Assembly (NCBI GenBank): GCA_012295275.1 | Contig: CM022670.1 | Coordinates: 37,820,001 to 37,884,000 of the forward strand | Origin: Chrysomallon squamiferum | Lineage: Eukaryota > Animalia > Mollusca | DNA length: 64,000 nt | Direction of reading: 5' to 3' | Part shown: in pieces, positions 42,590-54,969 of the stretch | How positions within the stretch are numbered: position 1 is the stretch's first letter | Layout: the number at the start of each line of letters is the position of its first letter | Notes under the pieces: generated by a model | What the model saw: the letters and a program-made list of their open reading frames with translations, nothing else | Databases searched by the model: none | Told to the model about the DNA's origin: nothing | Program-made: the position numbers and the translations under genes

Positions 42590-43347
42590 ATACGATTTAC
42601 CCCAAACATAGTAACAACAGCAATAATAATAATAATAACAATAATGGTCTTTTTCTGATGATTCAGAATGGAGGATGAGATACTTGTCGAGGTTCCGGAC
42701 GAGCTAATTTCATTTTAAAATAAACCAAAAGAAATACAAAATAAATAAAATAAAAATAACATTATGGTGAACTTTATCAGTGTAACTTAAAAAGACTCGT
42801 CGATGTTCTAAGATACAAAATGATGGCACGGTTGTTACGACGTTTATCCAAGGGAAGCAACTGCATTTGTGAGAAGGAACGTTAACTAAGACGAATTTGC
42901 TGTATTGCAGTGTAAAAAAAAAAAAACCAGGAGTAATTTTGTTTTGTATTACTGTGTTAGCGTAAGAAATCTAACAAAAATCTGGGTTTGTTAGATGTCT
43001 GTGTTCATTTAATGATGTCTGACTTTGTCAGATGAAAATCTGTAAGACTCTTTAGTTTAATCTCGTTGATAAATATGAATAGCTTTTAGTGTAATTGTTC
43101 TCTGAAATGTTTGTTTGTGCTTCATGGTTTTTTTTTTCTTTGTACAAGGCGCTTTCAGCTTTTAGTGCAGCCACACTGACATCACGTGATTGGTTGTGTC
43201 CCTAAAGATGTTTTTTCACACGGTAATATTAACTGCACGAAACAAATAGATATATATATAAATATTGTGTTTGTTCAAAGATGTTTTTGTAAAGAATCTC
43301 TATGGTGTATGTTATAGTGTGTATTCTTAAATCTTTTGCTTGTGTAC

Positions 43348-43353
43348 AATAAA
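43348..43353 (+). terminator. Candidate polyadenylation signal of the RSPO transcript
   Basis: AATAAA about 760 nt after the stop, preceded by TGTA and followed by T-rich sequence at the end of a complex 3'UTR-like block. Confidence 0.4.
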
Positions 43354-43499
43354 GTGTATTATTATTATTAAGTAGTATTGCTATATATTTGAACGTTTCT
43401 GGTAAAGGAATTTAATTTACGAGAAATGGACAACAACATGTGTATCTTTTTTTAGTTTAAGTACTATTTTCATATAAAACATTATTATTACTGTTGTTA

Positions 43500-43555
<56 letters not shown>

Positions 43556-44058
43556 GACTTGTGTTTAAAAAAAAAAAAAAAAAAAAATTATTCTAAAATA
43601 TTGATTACTGTTATTTAATATTTAATATTATTTAATTTCGTAATAATTTGTTTTAAATCTATGTCATAAAGAAATTATATGTATACCAGAGATTTTTCAG
43701 AACTCTTGATTTTAAAACTTTTCCGGATCAAAAATGTCACATAATAATAACTCAACAATACATGTCTAAGCAATTAAATATATGCATGTATTTTTCTAAA
43801 ACATCAAATTTAAATTAAACAAATATTAAATGTCAATTAAATTATTTATTGAAATACTTCTGGATAAACGGTACAGACTTATTAATAGACAGTTTTAGTA
43901 AAAAAAAATATAAATTTTTTAAAATTAATAATAGTACAGAAGAAAATTTAAAATGAAATGAAAATAAAACAGTTTCAAATTCCAAGTCCTTATTGTTTTC
44001 GTGTCTGAAAAAAGTTCTGGACCATTTTTGTACTTTAAAGCATGTTTCACAATATTAA

Positions 44059-44120
<62 letters not shown>

Positions 44121-44979
44121 TAAAAAATAAATAAAAATAAAAATTTTTAGAAGTATTATTTATTGCACTGCACAAATATTTTTTTTTTCTGTTTCTGTTT
44201 ATTTTATTGATTTGATATCAAATTTTGTCAGTTATAAAATAAAATTTTTATGTCGTTTAATTTGTAGTGAAGGTGTACGTGTGAACATTTCATTTCGAAC
44301 TTTTTGATGGTGAAATTAATACATCTTTGGTTACTTATTTCGAATATTTTTGTCCTCAAATATTCCTATAATCTTACGAAAATAATATATTTTTTTTTTA
44401 TATTTAAAATTTTGTTTGTGAAGAAGCTACATCTTTAATTACTCTAAACTTTTATTTTGTTAATTAAATCACCAGTCTCAATATTGCAAACATTAAAAAG
44501 ATTAAAAATTAATTAATACCTTTTAACATTAGTATTAAATGTATATCTGTATAAATCTATTTATAAAGTATTTATTACATCAGAAACTTGGACCCTGATC
44601 TAACTTGTGTAAATCTGAACACTTCGGATTGGAAAAAACTTGAAAAAAAAAGATTTCTCTCGAATTCATCACTTTTTAAAATTTGGTTCTGTACAAGAAA
44701 CGTTGTTTGCATGTACGCCTTAATTTTCTTGAAAACGTAACAAAATATTTTTAAGGTTCATCATCTTTAGATTCATTTTGATAGTTCTGGAGTTACAAGA
44801 TAGAGAATAAAGTTACTGTATAAATTGACTTTAAGAAAAAACGTAGAACTCGAAGATGTACGAGAATCGTTAAAGATTATTTTTCAGCAGTTCTTGAAAT
44901 GCTCGCATGATGGCCTTCTATACATATATATATATATATATTTGTTTATTATTTGTTTAAAAGACTTTGTGCATTATTA

Positions 44980-45041
<62 letters not shown>

Positions 45042-45255
45042 TTGATTATAATTTTTATTCGTCCAGTGAAATAAATAAATTTTAAATAATGACCGGCGTT
45101 TTCAATCATTTATTCTAGGTAACACATTTCATTGTTTGCTAAAATCGTCTCACCTGTTGCTCTACTCTAGCGTATTCGCAGATGTGGGTTTAACTATTGA
45201 TAAATATAATATAATAATTTCAATTAAAAAGTTATGAAGACAACAAAATATTTAT

Positions 45256-45272
45256 CGTCACTGGGTGGACTC

Positions 45273-45323
<51 letters not shown>

Positions 45324-45329
45324 AGAGAC
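45256..45329 (-). tRNA. tRNA-Asn(GTT)
   Basis: Identical 74-nt copy. Confidence 0.97.
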
Positions 45330-45597
45330 AGATAGTATGTATTACGTGTACGAAACATTCGTTACAGCAGAATTACAAACATAAACTTACAGAAGTGTAA
45401 CAGTAACATTAGCAAGAGAAGCAATAGTAATAGTAGCACTAGTGTTAATACTATTAATGGTAGTAGTAGTAGTGTTATGTAGTGATAATAGTAGAGGTCG
45501 TGGTAGACGTATTACTACTACTAGTACTAGTAGCACTATTTTATTCTTTCGATAATTGTGAACCATAATTGGTCTCAATAAAATAATAAGCTGAATA

Positions 45598-45649
<52 letters not shown>

Positions 45650-45733
45650 ATTATTATTAAACAAAAGAAGAAGAAGAAGAATAACAATAATTACTAATTT
45701 ACATACTTTTTAATAAGAATTAAAAAATATAAT

Positions 45734-45750
45734 CGTCACTGGGTGGACTC

Positions 45751-45801
<51 letters not shown>

Positions 45802-45807
45802 AGAGAC
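45734..45807 (-). tRNA. tRNA-Asn(GTT)
   Basis: Identical 74-nt copy. Confidence 0.97.
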
Positions 45808-45884
45808 TGATACAATATGTAACCCGCATTGCTTTGTTTTTGTTTTAAATTTAATTTAATTTAATTTATTTACTTATTTACTTA

Positions 45885-45927
<43 letters not shown>

Positions 45928-46389
45928 GAAAACAGAAAACCTTTCCATGCGCAGAGAATATAATAAAACCTTATGATATGGCGTGAAACGACTAACAACA
46001 ACAACAACAATAACAACAACTAACAACGACAACAACATCACCAACAACAATAATGTCAGCTAACTCTTGAATGTACTCAAATCAAAAATAGAATTATGTT
46101 CACCATATTAAAACAACTGAATGACAGAAGACGACAGATACGTTTGTGAACACCAGATGGACACAGTGCAGAACCTAAACTTTTGGGATCCTGAAGCTTG
46201 AACCCAAAAACAAAGTCTGGATAACCTCTGCTATCTTTCTCTGTATGCTTGTTCTGTAATAGACCATCACCAGTTTAATTTTTATAACTTTAAGCCATTG
46301 CATCTCAGATTTGGACTACAATTTTGATACTAATGATGATTGATTGACGATTCTGTTAACGAAAGCCCAACACATAGCATTCACTATAG

Positions 46390-46395
46390 GTCTCT

Positions 46396-46446
<51 letters not shown>

Positions 46447-46463
46447 GAGTCCACCCAGTGACG
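46390..46463 (+). tRNA. tRNA-Asn(GTT)
   Basis: Identical 74-nt copy. Confidence 0.97.
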
Positions 46464-47184
46464 GATATATTTGTTATTTTTATTTTTATTCTCATTATAA
46501 ATTATATAAAATTTAATTAATATATCCACAATGCCGCTTTGGCTAGGATTCAGGAACTTTGTTCATACAAATAGAAGCTTCACGTATCATTAGAACAAAA
46601 TATGTAAATAATCAGCTATTTGAAAGTGGAATATAATGGACATGAAATCAGTGAAATCAAGTATGTTGGAAACAAAGTTCATTTTGAGGTTTGAAAGATG
46701 AGTGTTATTTCTTTAGTCCTATAAAGTTACTAATAATTTACTTTTAATTTTCATTTAAAATTCATTAATATAAAAATAATAATAGTAGTCAATGGATGCC
46801 GTCGAAGAAAAATAAAACAAATACCGTGAAACGACTAACAACAACAACAACAACAACAACAACTAACAACGACGACAACACCAACAACAATAATAACCTC
46901 TGCTAACTCTTGAATGTACTCAAATCTAAAATAGAAGTATGTTCACCATATTAAAACAACTGAATGACAGAAGACGGCAGATAAGTTCGTGAACACCACA
47001 TGGAAACTGTGCAGAACCTACACTTTTGGGATCCCGAAACTTGAACCCAAATACGAAGTCTGGATAACCTCTGTTATCTTCTTCTGTATGCTTTTCCGTA
47101 ATAGACCGTCATCAGTATAATTTTTATAACTTTAGGCCATGGCATCTCAGATTTGAAGCCCAACACGTATAAAGTTCAATATCA

Positions 47185-47190
47185 GTCTCT

Positions 47191-47241
<51 letters not shown>

Positions 47242-47258
47242 GAGTCCACCCAGTGACG
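47185..47258 (+). tRNA. tRNA-Asn(GTT)
   Basis: Identical 74-nt copy. Confidence 0.97.
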
Positions 47259-47659
47259 ATTATGTTTTTGTTCTAATAAAAAATTAGATACAATCTAATT
47301 CTGGATCTTTGTTCATATAAACAGAACCTTCCAGTCTCATCAGAATAAAAGATGCAGATAATCAGCCATTTACAAGTGGAGTATACTGGCCATGAAATCA
47401 GTGAAATCAGCTATGTTGTAAACAAAGTTTATGCCACCTGGAAACTGTGGAGAACCTACACTTTTGGGATCCTTAAACTTGAACCCAGTTACGAAGTCTG
47501 GATAACTTTCTGTATGCTTGTTCCGTAATAGACCGTCATCAGTTTAATCTTAAAAACTTGAGCCATGGCATCTCAGATTTCGGTAACATTTTTGATACTA
47601 ATGATGACTGACTGACGATGTTATTAACGAAAGCCCAAAACATATAACGTTCAATATCA

Positions 47660-47665
47660 GTCTCT

Positions 47666-47716
<51 letters not shown>

Positions 47717-47733
47717 GAGTCCACCCAGTGACG
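47660..47733 (+). tRNA. tRNA-Asn(GTT)
   Basis: Identical 74-nt copy. Confidence 0.97.
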
Positions 47734-47971
47734 ATTATGTTTTTGTTATAATTAAAATTATATAAATTGTAATTAATACTTTAAAATATTAATTTATTTA
47801 AGACTGGTGTTGACAATTAGGGTTTGACTGGGTAATTCTAGTCCCCAATGTATGTTATAATTTACATCGACTATGCTGCTCTGCCTAGGACTCTGGAACC
47901 TTGTTGGGGTTTAACAATTAATAAATATAAATAATTGAATTAAAAACTTATTAAGACAAGAAAATGTTTAT

Positions 47972-47991
47972 CGTCACTGGGTGGACTCGAA
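47972..47991 (-). pseudogene. 3' 20 nt of tRNA-Asn(GTT), interrupted at the T-loop
   Basis: CGTCACTGGGTGGACTCGAA with the same downstream flank as the copies at 45256 and 48825, followed by the T-rich tail of an element. Confidence 0.88.
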
Positions 47992-48140
47992 TTTTTTAAT
48001 TATTATTTTTTGTTATCTTTATTGATATAATCAACAGTTGTACACAATTAAAATAACATTTAAACAGTAAATAACAACAATAGAAATTAGGCATCGTGTC
48101 ACACATTCAGTCAGACTCACACGCACGCATATTTATCACT
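47992..48140 (-). mobile_element. Second short 3'-end copy of the same element, abutting a tRNA-Asn fragment
   Basis: ATCTTTATT..TATAATCA.CAGTTGTACACAATTAAAATAACATT..GTAAATAACAA..TCACACA.TCAGTCA.ACTCA is shared with 34472-34600; degenerate A tail. Confidence 0.8.
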
Positions 48141-48824
48141 CAGAACCTTCCAGTCTCATCAGAACAAAACATGTAGATAATCAGCCATTTACAAGTGGAG
48201 TACACTGGCCATGAAATCAGTGAAATCAGCTATGTTGTAAACAAAGTCCGTTTCGAAGCTTGAAACATGAATCTTATTTATTTACTCCTGTAAAGTTAGT
48301 AACAACTGTTAACAGGTAGAACATAAAATCAGTTAATAAGTTCGGCAGAGGAAAACTTCATTGATAAGCGGTAAGTAGGCAACACATTTCTCTGTTTTGA
48401 GTAAATCAGGCCCCCGTATTTTGTGTTGAAATCAGGGGAAAGCACTCTAGGATCCACACGATCATGGACTATAGTTATTTTCTAAATCGGTTTTAAGTAA
48501 AAACGTAGTTTGTAGATGACTTTCGGATCTACGAGAATCATTCGCGATTATTTTTCACAAATTCTAGAAATGTACGCTTTATTTATTTTCTTATAAGTAT
48601 TGTTATTCGTGCAGTGAAAATGGCCTAAAAAAATACAAATACTGACCGGTGTTTTCAGTCGTTTTCTTCTAGGTAACATATTTCACGATATTTTTGTCAT
48701 TGTTTGCCAAAATCGTCACACCTATTTCTCTAGTCTATGTATTCGCAGATGTGGGTTTTTTACAATTAATAAATACAATGTAAATATTTGAATTAAAAAT
48801 TTATGAAGACAACAAAATGTTTAT

Positions 48825-48841
48825 CGTCACTGGGTGGACTC

Positions 48842-48892
<51 letters not shown>

Positions 48893-48898
48893 AGAGAC
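48825..48898 (-). tRNA. tRNA-Asn(GTT)
   Basis: Identical 74-nt copy. Confidence 0.97.
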
Positions 48899-49151
48899 CG
48901 ATACACCATGCCACGACGATTTGATTTGCTTAACCTAAACGTTTGGGATCCTGAAGCTTGAACCCAAATACAAAGTCTGGATAACCTCTGTTATCTTCTT
49001 TTGTATGCTTTTTCCGTAATAGACCGTCTCAGTATAATTTTTATAACTTTAAGGCCATTGCATCTCAGATTTGGTCTAAAACTTTGATATTAATGATGAT
49101 TGATTGACGATGTTATTAACGAAAGCCCAACACATATGACCTTCACTATAG

Positions 49152-49157
49152 GTCTCT

Positions 49158-49208
<51 letters not shown>

Positions 49209-49225
49209 GAGTCCACCCAGTGACG
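49152..49225 (+). tRNA. tRNA-Asn(GTT)
   Basis: Identical 74-nt copy. Confidence 0.97.
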
Positions 49226-49435
49226 ACTATATTTATTTTGTTCTCATTACAAATTATAGAAAATATTATTAATCCTTTAAAATATTAGTTTATTGATTTT
49301 AGTGTTGAAAATTAGGGTATGACTGGGTAATGAGGCCTCAACGTATACTGTAATTTACATCGACTATGCTGCTCTGCCTAGGCTTCTGGATCTTTGTTCA
49401 GATAAGTAGAATCTTCCAGTATCATTAGAACAAAA

Positions 49436-49990
49436 GGTAATCAGATAATTTTCTTCAACTGGTCCAATCTTTCTCTGAAATCTATATGAACTTCTTTCTG
49501 GTCATAATGTGGAATTTGCCTCTATGAACCTGAAGATAGGTTTGAGGACCAAGAACATACTTTTAAATGACGACACATAAAACTATCCTTTAATATTTCA
49601 CATTCTTCTTTGAAAGCTGGGTCATTTACAGTAAGAAGTTTTGTCTAAAAAACACTTTACAACCCAGACATTGCGTTGTTTCGTCGTCAACTTTCTCCCA
49701 GCCATACTGACCCAACACTAGGGGAGATAACTCAAAAGGGGAGATAACTCAATAAGTTTAGAAGACCATTTAAATGGTGTAAATATTTTAACTCTTTTGG
49801 AGTACGCTTCTTTACTGTGATATTCTAGTAAAGCTTTGGTGCTGCTGCTGTCTTTTCGTAACGTCTCCTCATCTTTATTTTATTTATGATCTCTGTAATT
49901 GTGATCATTTGTCATTTCACTACTGAAGAGCGAAAAAAATGTTTGTCTAACTTTACCAGGTTTCACAGTTGTCTTCTCTCAGACTGCCAT
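49436..49990 (-). pseudogene. ZC3HC1: ZC3HC1/NIPA (zf-C3HC) intronless pseudogene fragment, N-terminal ~180 codons
   Basis: Manual translation: MAV*EKTTVKPGKVRQ...LEYHSKEAYSKRVKIFTPFKWSSKLIELSPLVLGQYGWEKVDDETTQCLGCKVF/...EECEILKDSFMCRHLKVCSW. This parallels ZC3HC1 SKEAFFSRVETFSSLKWAGKPFELSPLVCAKYGW...CSSC...HEKFCFW. Contains stops, frameshifts and a 17-bp tandem duplication at 49721-49752. Confidence 0.85.
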
Positions 49991-50573
49991 CTTTAATTTA
50001 CACATTCATTGAAGCTAAATGTCTAACGTCGTCTAATATTCATATCATTCAGTTTTGTTAAGCCTCATTTCAACACGTACAAAAATACTATCTTGTCTTT
50101 CTTCGAGTAGACTTTCTCCCATTCACTGTAACAGCTGACGTCGTGTTTATTACAAATGAAAAGTTGTCAGGGTGTGCTATACAGGCATGAATCGAAGGTC
50201 AAAAGGCTTACTAAACGCTGGTAATCTACACACGTACAAAAATATTTCGTTATTTTTATTATTTATTTCCTCTTTGAAAACATTTCATGATGAAAAAGTA
50301 AATGCTTGCCTTTGATACAGTGACACTGTTATTTTTACTTTCGACCATCAGCAACGCACAGTGGTCATAATTATTATTTTATCACAGTCCGACTGCTTAT
50401 AGTTTTCGATTTATGAATTTATTTCTGAATTGCATATAAAACTGCTTTCGTCGTCCGTCCGTCGAATGATGCAATTATGTATTGAGAAACCGACATCTGT
50501 AATTCACTGAAATAGAACCTTTACATAGGTTTATACGGTGACCTGTTAAGGGATTTCGATGATGCTTCCATAG

Positions 50574-50646
50574 TCCCTCGGTAGTATAGTGGTGAGTATC
50601 CCCGCCTGTCACGCGGGAGACCGGGGTTCAATTCCCCGCCGGGGAG
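50574..50646 (+). tRNA. tRNA-Asp(GTC), copy 1 (extra C at 5' end)
   Basis: Consensus TCCTCGGTAGTATAGTGGTGAGTATCCCCGCCTGTCACGCGGGAGACCGGGGTTCAATTCCCCGCCGGGGAG with a TTTT terminator 7 nt downstream. Confidence 0.92.
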
Positions 50647-51653
50647 ACAATATTTTATTTATTTATTTCGTTTCTGTTTTCGCTGACTTCATCATATCAG
50701 TGTAATATGAAACCTACATAATGACGTACGTTTCACTGACTGACTTTTATTTGTGTCTCTCAAACTTGTGTGTCGGCTAAAACTAAATTTGAAAATGTTA
50801 TGAATAACTCTTTCGTTCTGGTTAGAGATTTAATGAAGAATCTCAAAAGTGCATGGGAAATGGGCCACCTCGAGTTTTCAGTATAACGAAATGGTGCTAG
50901 AAGACACCTGAGCACGTCATTTTGACACACAGATTTGCCACGAAAAGAAAAACACAAATTTCTTTTCGAATTTGACCTCAAAGACGAGCATAAAATAAAC
51001 GATCAGTATATCTGTACTTTCAAGGTTGAATTCTACATTGGGTTTGCTCTCAAAGACGCTCTGAAAAGATAAAATTGATGGGCAGTTTTTCAATATGACT
51101 TTACTGGCATCCCCTCAGTAGAATATTTAACATTTCTTCACTTCCTACGACTATTGCTGTTCATCGTTTCTCTTGTCATTGTTCGAGTTGACTTTCTCCC
51201 ATTCACTGTAACAGCTGACGTCGTGTTTATTACAAATGAAAAGTTGTCAGGGTGTGCTATACAGGCATGAATCGAAGGTCAAAAGGCTTACTAAACGCTG
51301 GTAATCTACACACGTACAAAAATATTTCGTTATTTTTATTATTTATTTCCTCTTTGAAAACATTTCATGATGAAAAAGTAAATGCTTGCCTTTGATACAG
51401 TGACACTGTTATTTTTACTTTCGACCATCAGCAACGCGCAGTGGTCATAATTATTATTTTATCACAGTCCGACTGCTTATAGTTTTCGATTTATGAATTT
51501 ATTTCTGAATTGCATATAAAACTGCTTTCGTCGTCCGTCCGTCGAATGATGCAATTATGTATTGAGAAACCGACATCTGTAATTCACTGAAATAGAACCT
51601 TTACATAGGTTTATACGGTGACCTGTTAAGGGATTTCGATGATGCTTCCATAG

Positions 51654-51725
51654 TCCTCGGTAGTATAGTGGTGAGTATCCCCGCCTGTCACGCGGGAGAC
51701 CGGGGTTCAATTCCCCGCCGGGGAG
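51654..51725 (+). tRNA. tRNA-Asp(GTC), copy 2
   Basis: 72-nt consensus copy. Confidence 0.97.
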
Positions 51726-52734
51726 ACAATATTTTATTTATTTATTTCGTTTCTGTTTTCGCTGACTTCATCATATCAGTGTAATATGAAACCTACATAA
51801 TGACGTACGTTTCACTGACTGACTTTTATTTGTGTCTCTCAAACTTGTGTGTCGGCTAAAACTAAATTTGAAAATGTTATGAATAACTCTTTCGTTCTGG
51901 TTAGAGATTTAATGAAGAATCTCAAAAGTGCATGGGAAATGGGCCACCTCGAGTTTTCAGTATAACGAAATGGTGCTAGAAGACACCTGAGCACGTCATT
52001 TTGACACACAGATTTGCCACGAAAAGAAAAACACAAATTTCTTTTCGAATTTGACCTCAAAGACGAGCATAAAATAAACGATCAGTATATCTGTACTTTC
52101 AAGGTTGAATTCTACATTGGGTTTGCTCTCAAAGACGCTCTGAAAAGATAAAATTGATGGGCAGTTTTTCAATATGACTTTACTGGCATCCCCTCAGTAG
52201 AATATTTAACATTTCTTCACTTCCTACGACTATTGCTGTTCATCGTTTCTCTTGTCATTGTTCGAGTTGACTTTCTCCCATTCACTGTAACAGCTGACGT
52301 CGTGTTTATTACAAATGAAAAGTTGTCAGGGTGTGCTATACAGGCATGAATCGAAGGTCAAAAGGCTTACTAAACGCTGGTAATCTACACACGTACAAAA
52401 ATATTTCGTTATTTTTATTATTTATTTCCTCTTTGAAAACATTTCATGATGAAAAAAAGTAAATGCTTGCCTTTGATACAGTGACACTGTTATTTTTTTT
52501 TTCGACCATCAGCAACGCGCAGTGGTCATAATTATTATTTTATCACAGTCCGACTGCTTATAGTTTTCGATTTATAAATTTATTTCTGAATTGCATATAA
52601 AACTGCTTTCGTCGTCCGTCCGTCGAATGATGCAATTATGTATTGAGAAACCGACATCTGTAATTCACTGAAATAGAACCTTTACATAGGTTTATACGGT
52701 GACCTGTTAAGGGATTTCGATGATGCTTCCATAG

Positions 52735-52806
52735 TCCTCGGTAGTATAGTGGTGAGTATCCCCGCCTGTCACGCGGGAGACCGGGGTTCAATTCCCCGCC
52801 GGGGAG
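52735..52806 (+). tRNA. tRNA-Asp(GTC), copy 3
   Basis: 72-nt consensus copy. Confidence 0.97.
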
Positions 52807-53813
52807 ACAATATTTTATTTATTTATTTCGTTTCTGTTTTCGCTGACTTCATCATATCAGTGTAATATGAAACCTACATAATGACGTACGTTTCACTGAC
52901 TGACTTTTATTTGTGTCTCTCAAACTTGTGTGTCGGCTAAAACTAAATTTGAAAATGTTATGAATAACTCTTTCGTTCTGGTTAGAGATTTAATGAAGAA
53001 TCTCAAAAGTGCATGGGAAATGGGCCACCTCGAGTTTTCAGTATAACGAAATGGTGCTAGAAGACACCTGAGCACGTCATTTTGACACATAGATTTGCTA
53101 CGAAAAGAAAAACACAAATTTCTTTTCGAATTTGACCTCAAAGACGAGCATAAAATAAACGATCAGTATATCTGTACTTTCAAGGTTGAATTCTACATTG
53201 GGTTTGCTCTCAAAGACGCTCTGAAAAGATAAAATTGATGGGCAGTTTTTCAATATGACTTTACTGGCATCCCCTCAGTAGAATATTTAACATTTCTTCA
53301 CTTCCTACGACTATTGCTGTTCATCGTTTCTCTTGTCATTGTTCGAGTTGACTTTCTCCCATTCACTGTAACAGCTGACGTCGTGTTTATTACAAATGAA
53401 AAGTTGTCAGGGTGTGCTATACAGGCATGAATCGAAGGTCAAAAGGCTTACTAAACGCTGGTAATCTACACACGTACAAAAATATTTCGTTATTTTTATT
53501 ATTTATTTCCTCTTTGAAAACATTTCATGATGAAAAAGTAAATGCTTGCCTTTGATACAGTGACACTGTTATTTTTACTTTCGACCATCAGCAACGCGCA
53601 GTGGTCATAATTATTATTTTATCACAGTCCGACTGCTTATAGTTTTCGATTTATGAATTTATTTCTGAATTGCATATAAAACTGCTTTCGTCGTCCGTCC
53701 GTCGAATGATGCAATTATGTATTGAGAAACCGACATCTGTAATTCACTGAAATAGAACCTTTACATAGGTTTATACGGTGACCTGTTAAGGGATTTCGAT
53801 GATGCTTCCATAG

Positions 53814-53885
53814 TCCTCGGTAGTATAGTGGTGAGTATCCCCGCCTGTCACGCGGGAGACCGGGGTTCAATTCCCCGCCGGGGAG
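53814..53885 (+). tRNA. tRNA-Asp(GTC), copy 4
   Basis: 72-nt consensus copy. Confidence 0.97.
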
Positions 53886-54897
53886 ACAATATTTTATTTA
53901 TTTATTTCGTTTCTGTTTTCGCTGACTTCATCATATCAGTGTAATATGAAACCTACATAATGACGTACGTTTCACTGACTGACTTTTATTTGTGTCTCTC
54001 AAACTTGTGTGTCGGCTAAAACTAAATTTGAAAATGTTATGAATAACTCTTTCGTTCTGGTTAGAGATTTAATGAAGAATCTCAAAAGTGCATGGGAAAT
54101 GGGCCACCTCGAGTTTTCAGTATAACGAAATGGTGCTAGAAGACACCTGAGCACGTCATTTTGACACACAGATTTGCCACGAAAAGAAAAAAAACACAAA
54201 TTTCTTTTCGAATTTGACCTCAAAGACGAGCATAAAATAAACGATCAGTATATCTGTACTTTCAAGGTTGAATTCTACATTGGGTTTGCTCTCAAAGACG
54301 CTCTGAAAAGATAAAATTGATGGGCAGTTTTTCAATATGACTTTACTGGCATCCCCTCAGTAGAATATTTAACATTTCTTCACTTCCTACGACTATTGCT
54401 GTTCATCGTTTCTCTTGTCATTGTTCGAGTTGACTTTCTCCCATTCACTGTAACAGCTGACGTCGTGTTTATTACAAATGAAAAGTTGTCAGGGTGTGCT
54501 ATACAGGCATGAATCGAAGGTCAAAAGGCTTACTAAACGCTGGTAATCTACACACGTACAAAAATATTTCGTTATTTTTATTATTTATTTCCTCTTTGAA
54601 AACATTTCATGATGAAAAAGTAAATGCTTGCCTTTGATACAGTGACACTGTTATTTTTACTTTCGACCATCAGCAACGCGCAGTGGTCATAATTATTATT
54701 TTTTATCACAGTCCGACTGCTTATAGTTTTCGATTTATAAATTTATTTCTGAATTGCATATAAAACTGCTTTCGTCGTCCGTCCGTCGAATGATGCAATT
54801 ATGTATTGAGAAACCGACATCTGTAATTCACTGAAATAGAACCTTTACATAGGTTTATACGGTGACCTGTTAAGGGATTTCGATGATGCTTCCATAG

Positions 54898-54969
54898 TCC
54901 TCGGTAGTATAGTGGTGAGTATCCCCGCCTGTCACGCGGGAGACCGGGGTTCAATTCCCCGCCGGGGAG
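54898..54969 (+). tRNA. tRNA-Asp(GTC), copy 5
   Basis: 72-nt consensus copy. Confidence 0.97.

Noticed and set aside
42124-42609. 161-aa antisense ORF and other frames over the basic tail
   Set aside because: Shadow of the purine-rich K/R codons; no independent evidence.
31117-49225. tRNA-Asn copies as tRNA-derived SINEs
   Set aside because: Identity ends exactly at the tRNA boundaries, there is no shared body or tail, and the genes are invariant while flanks diverge.
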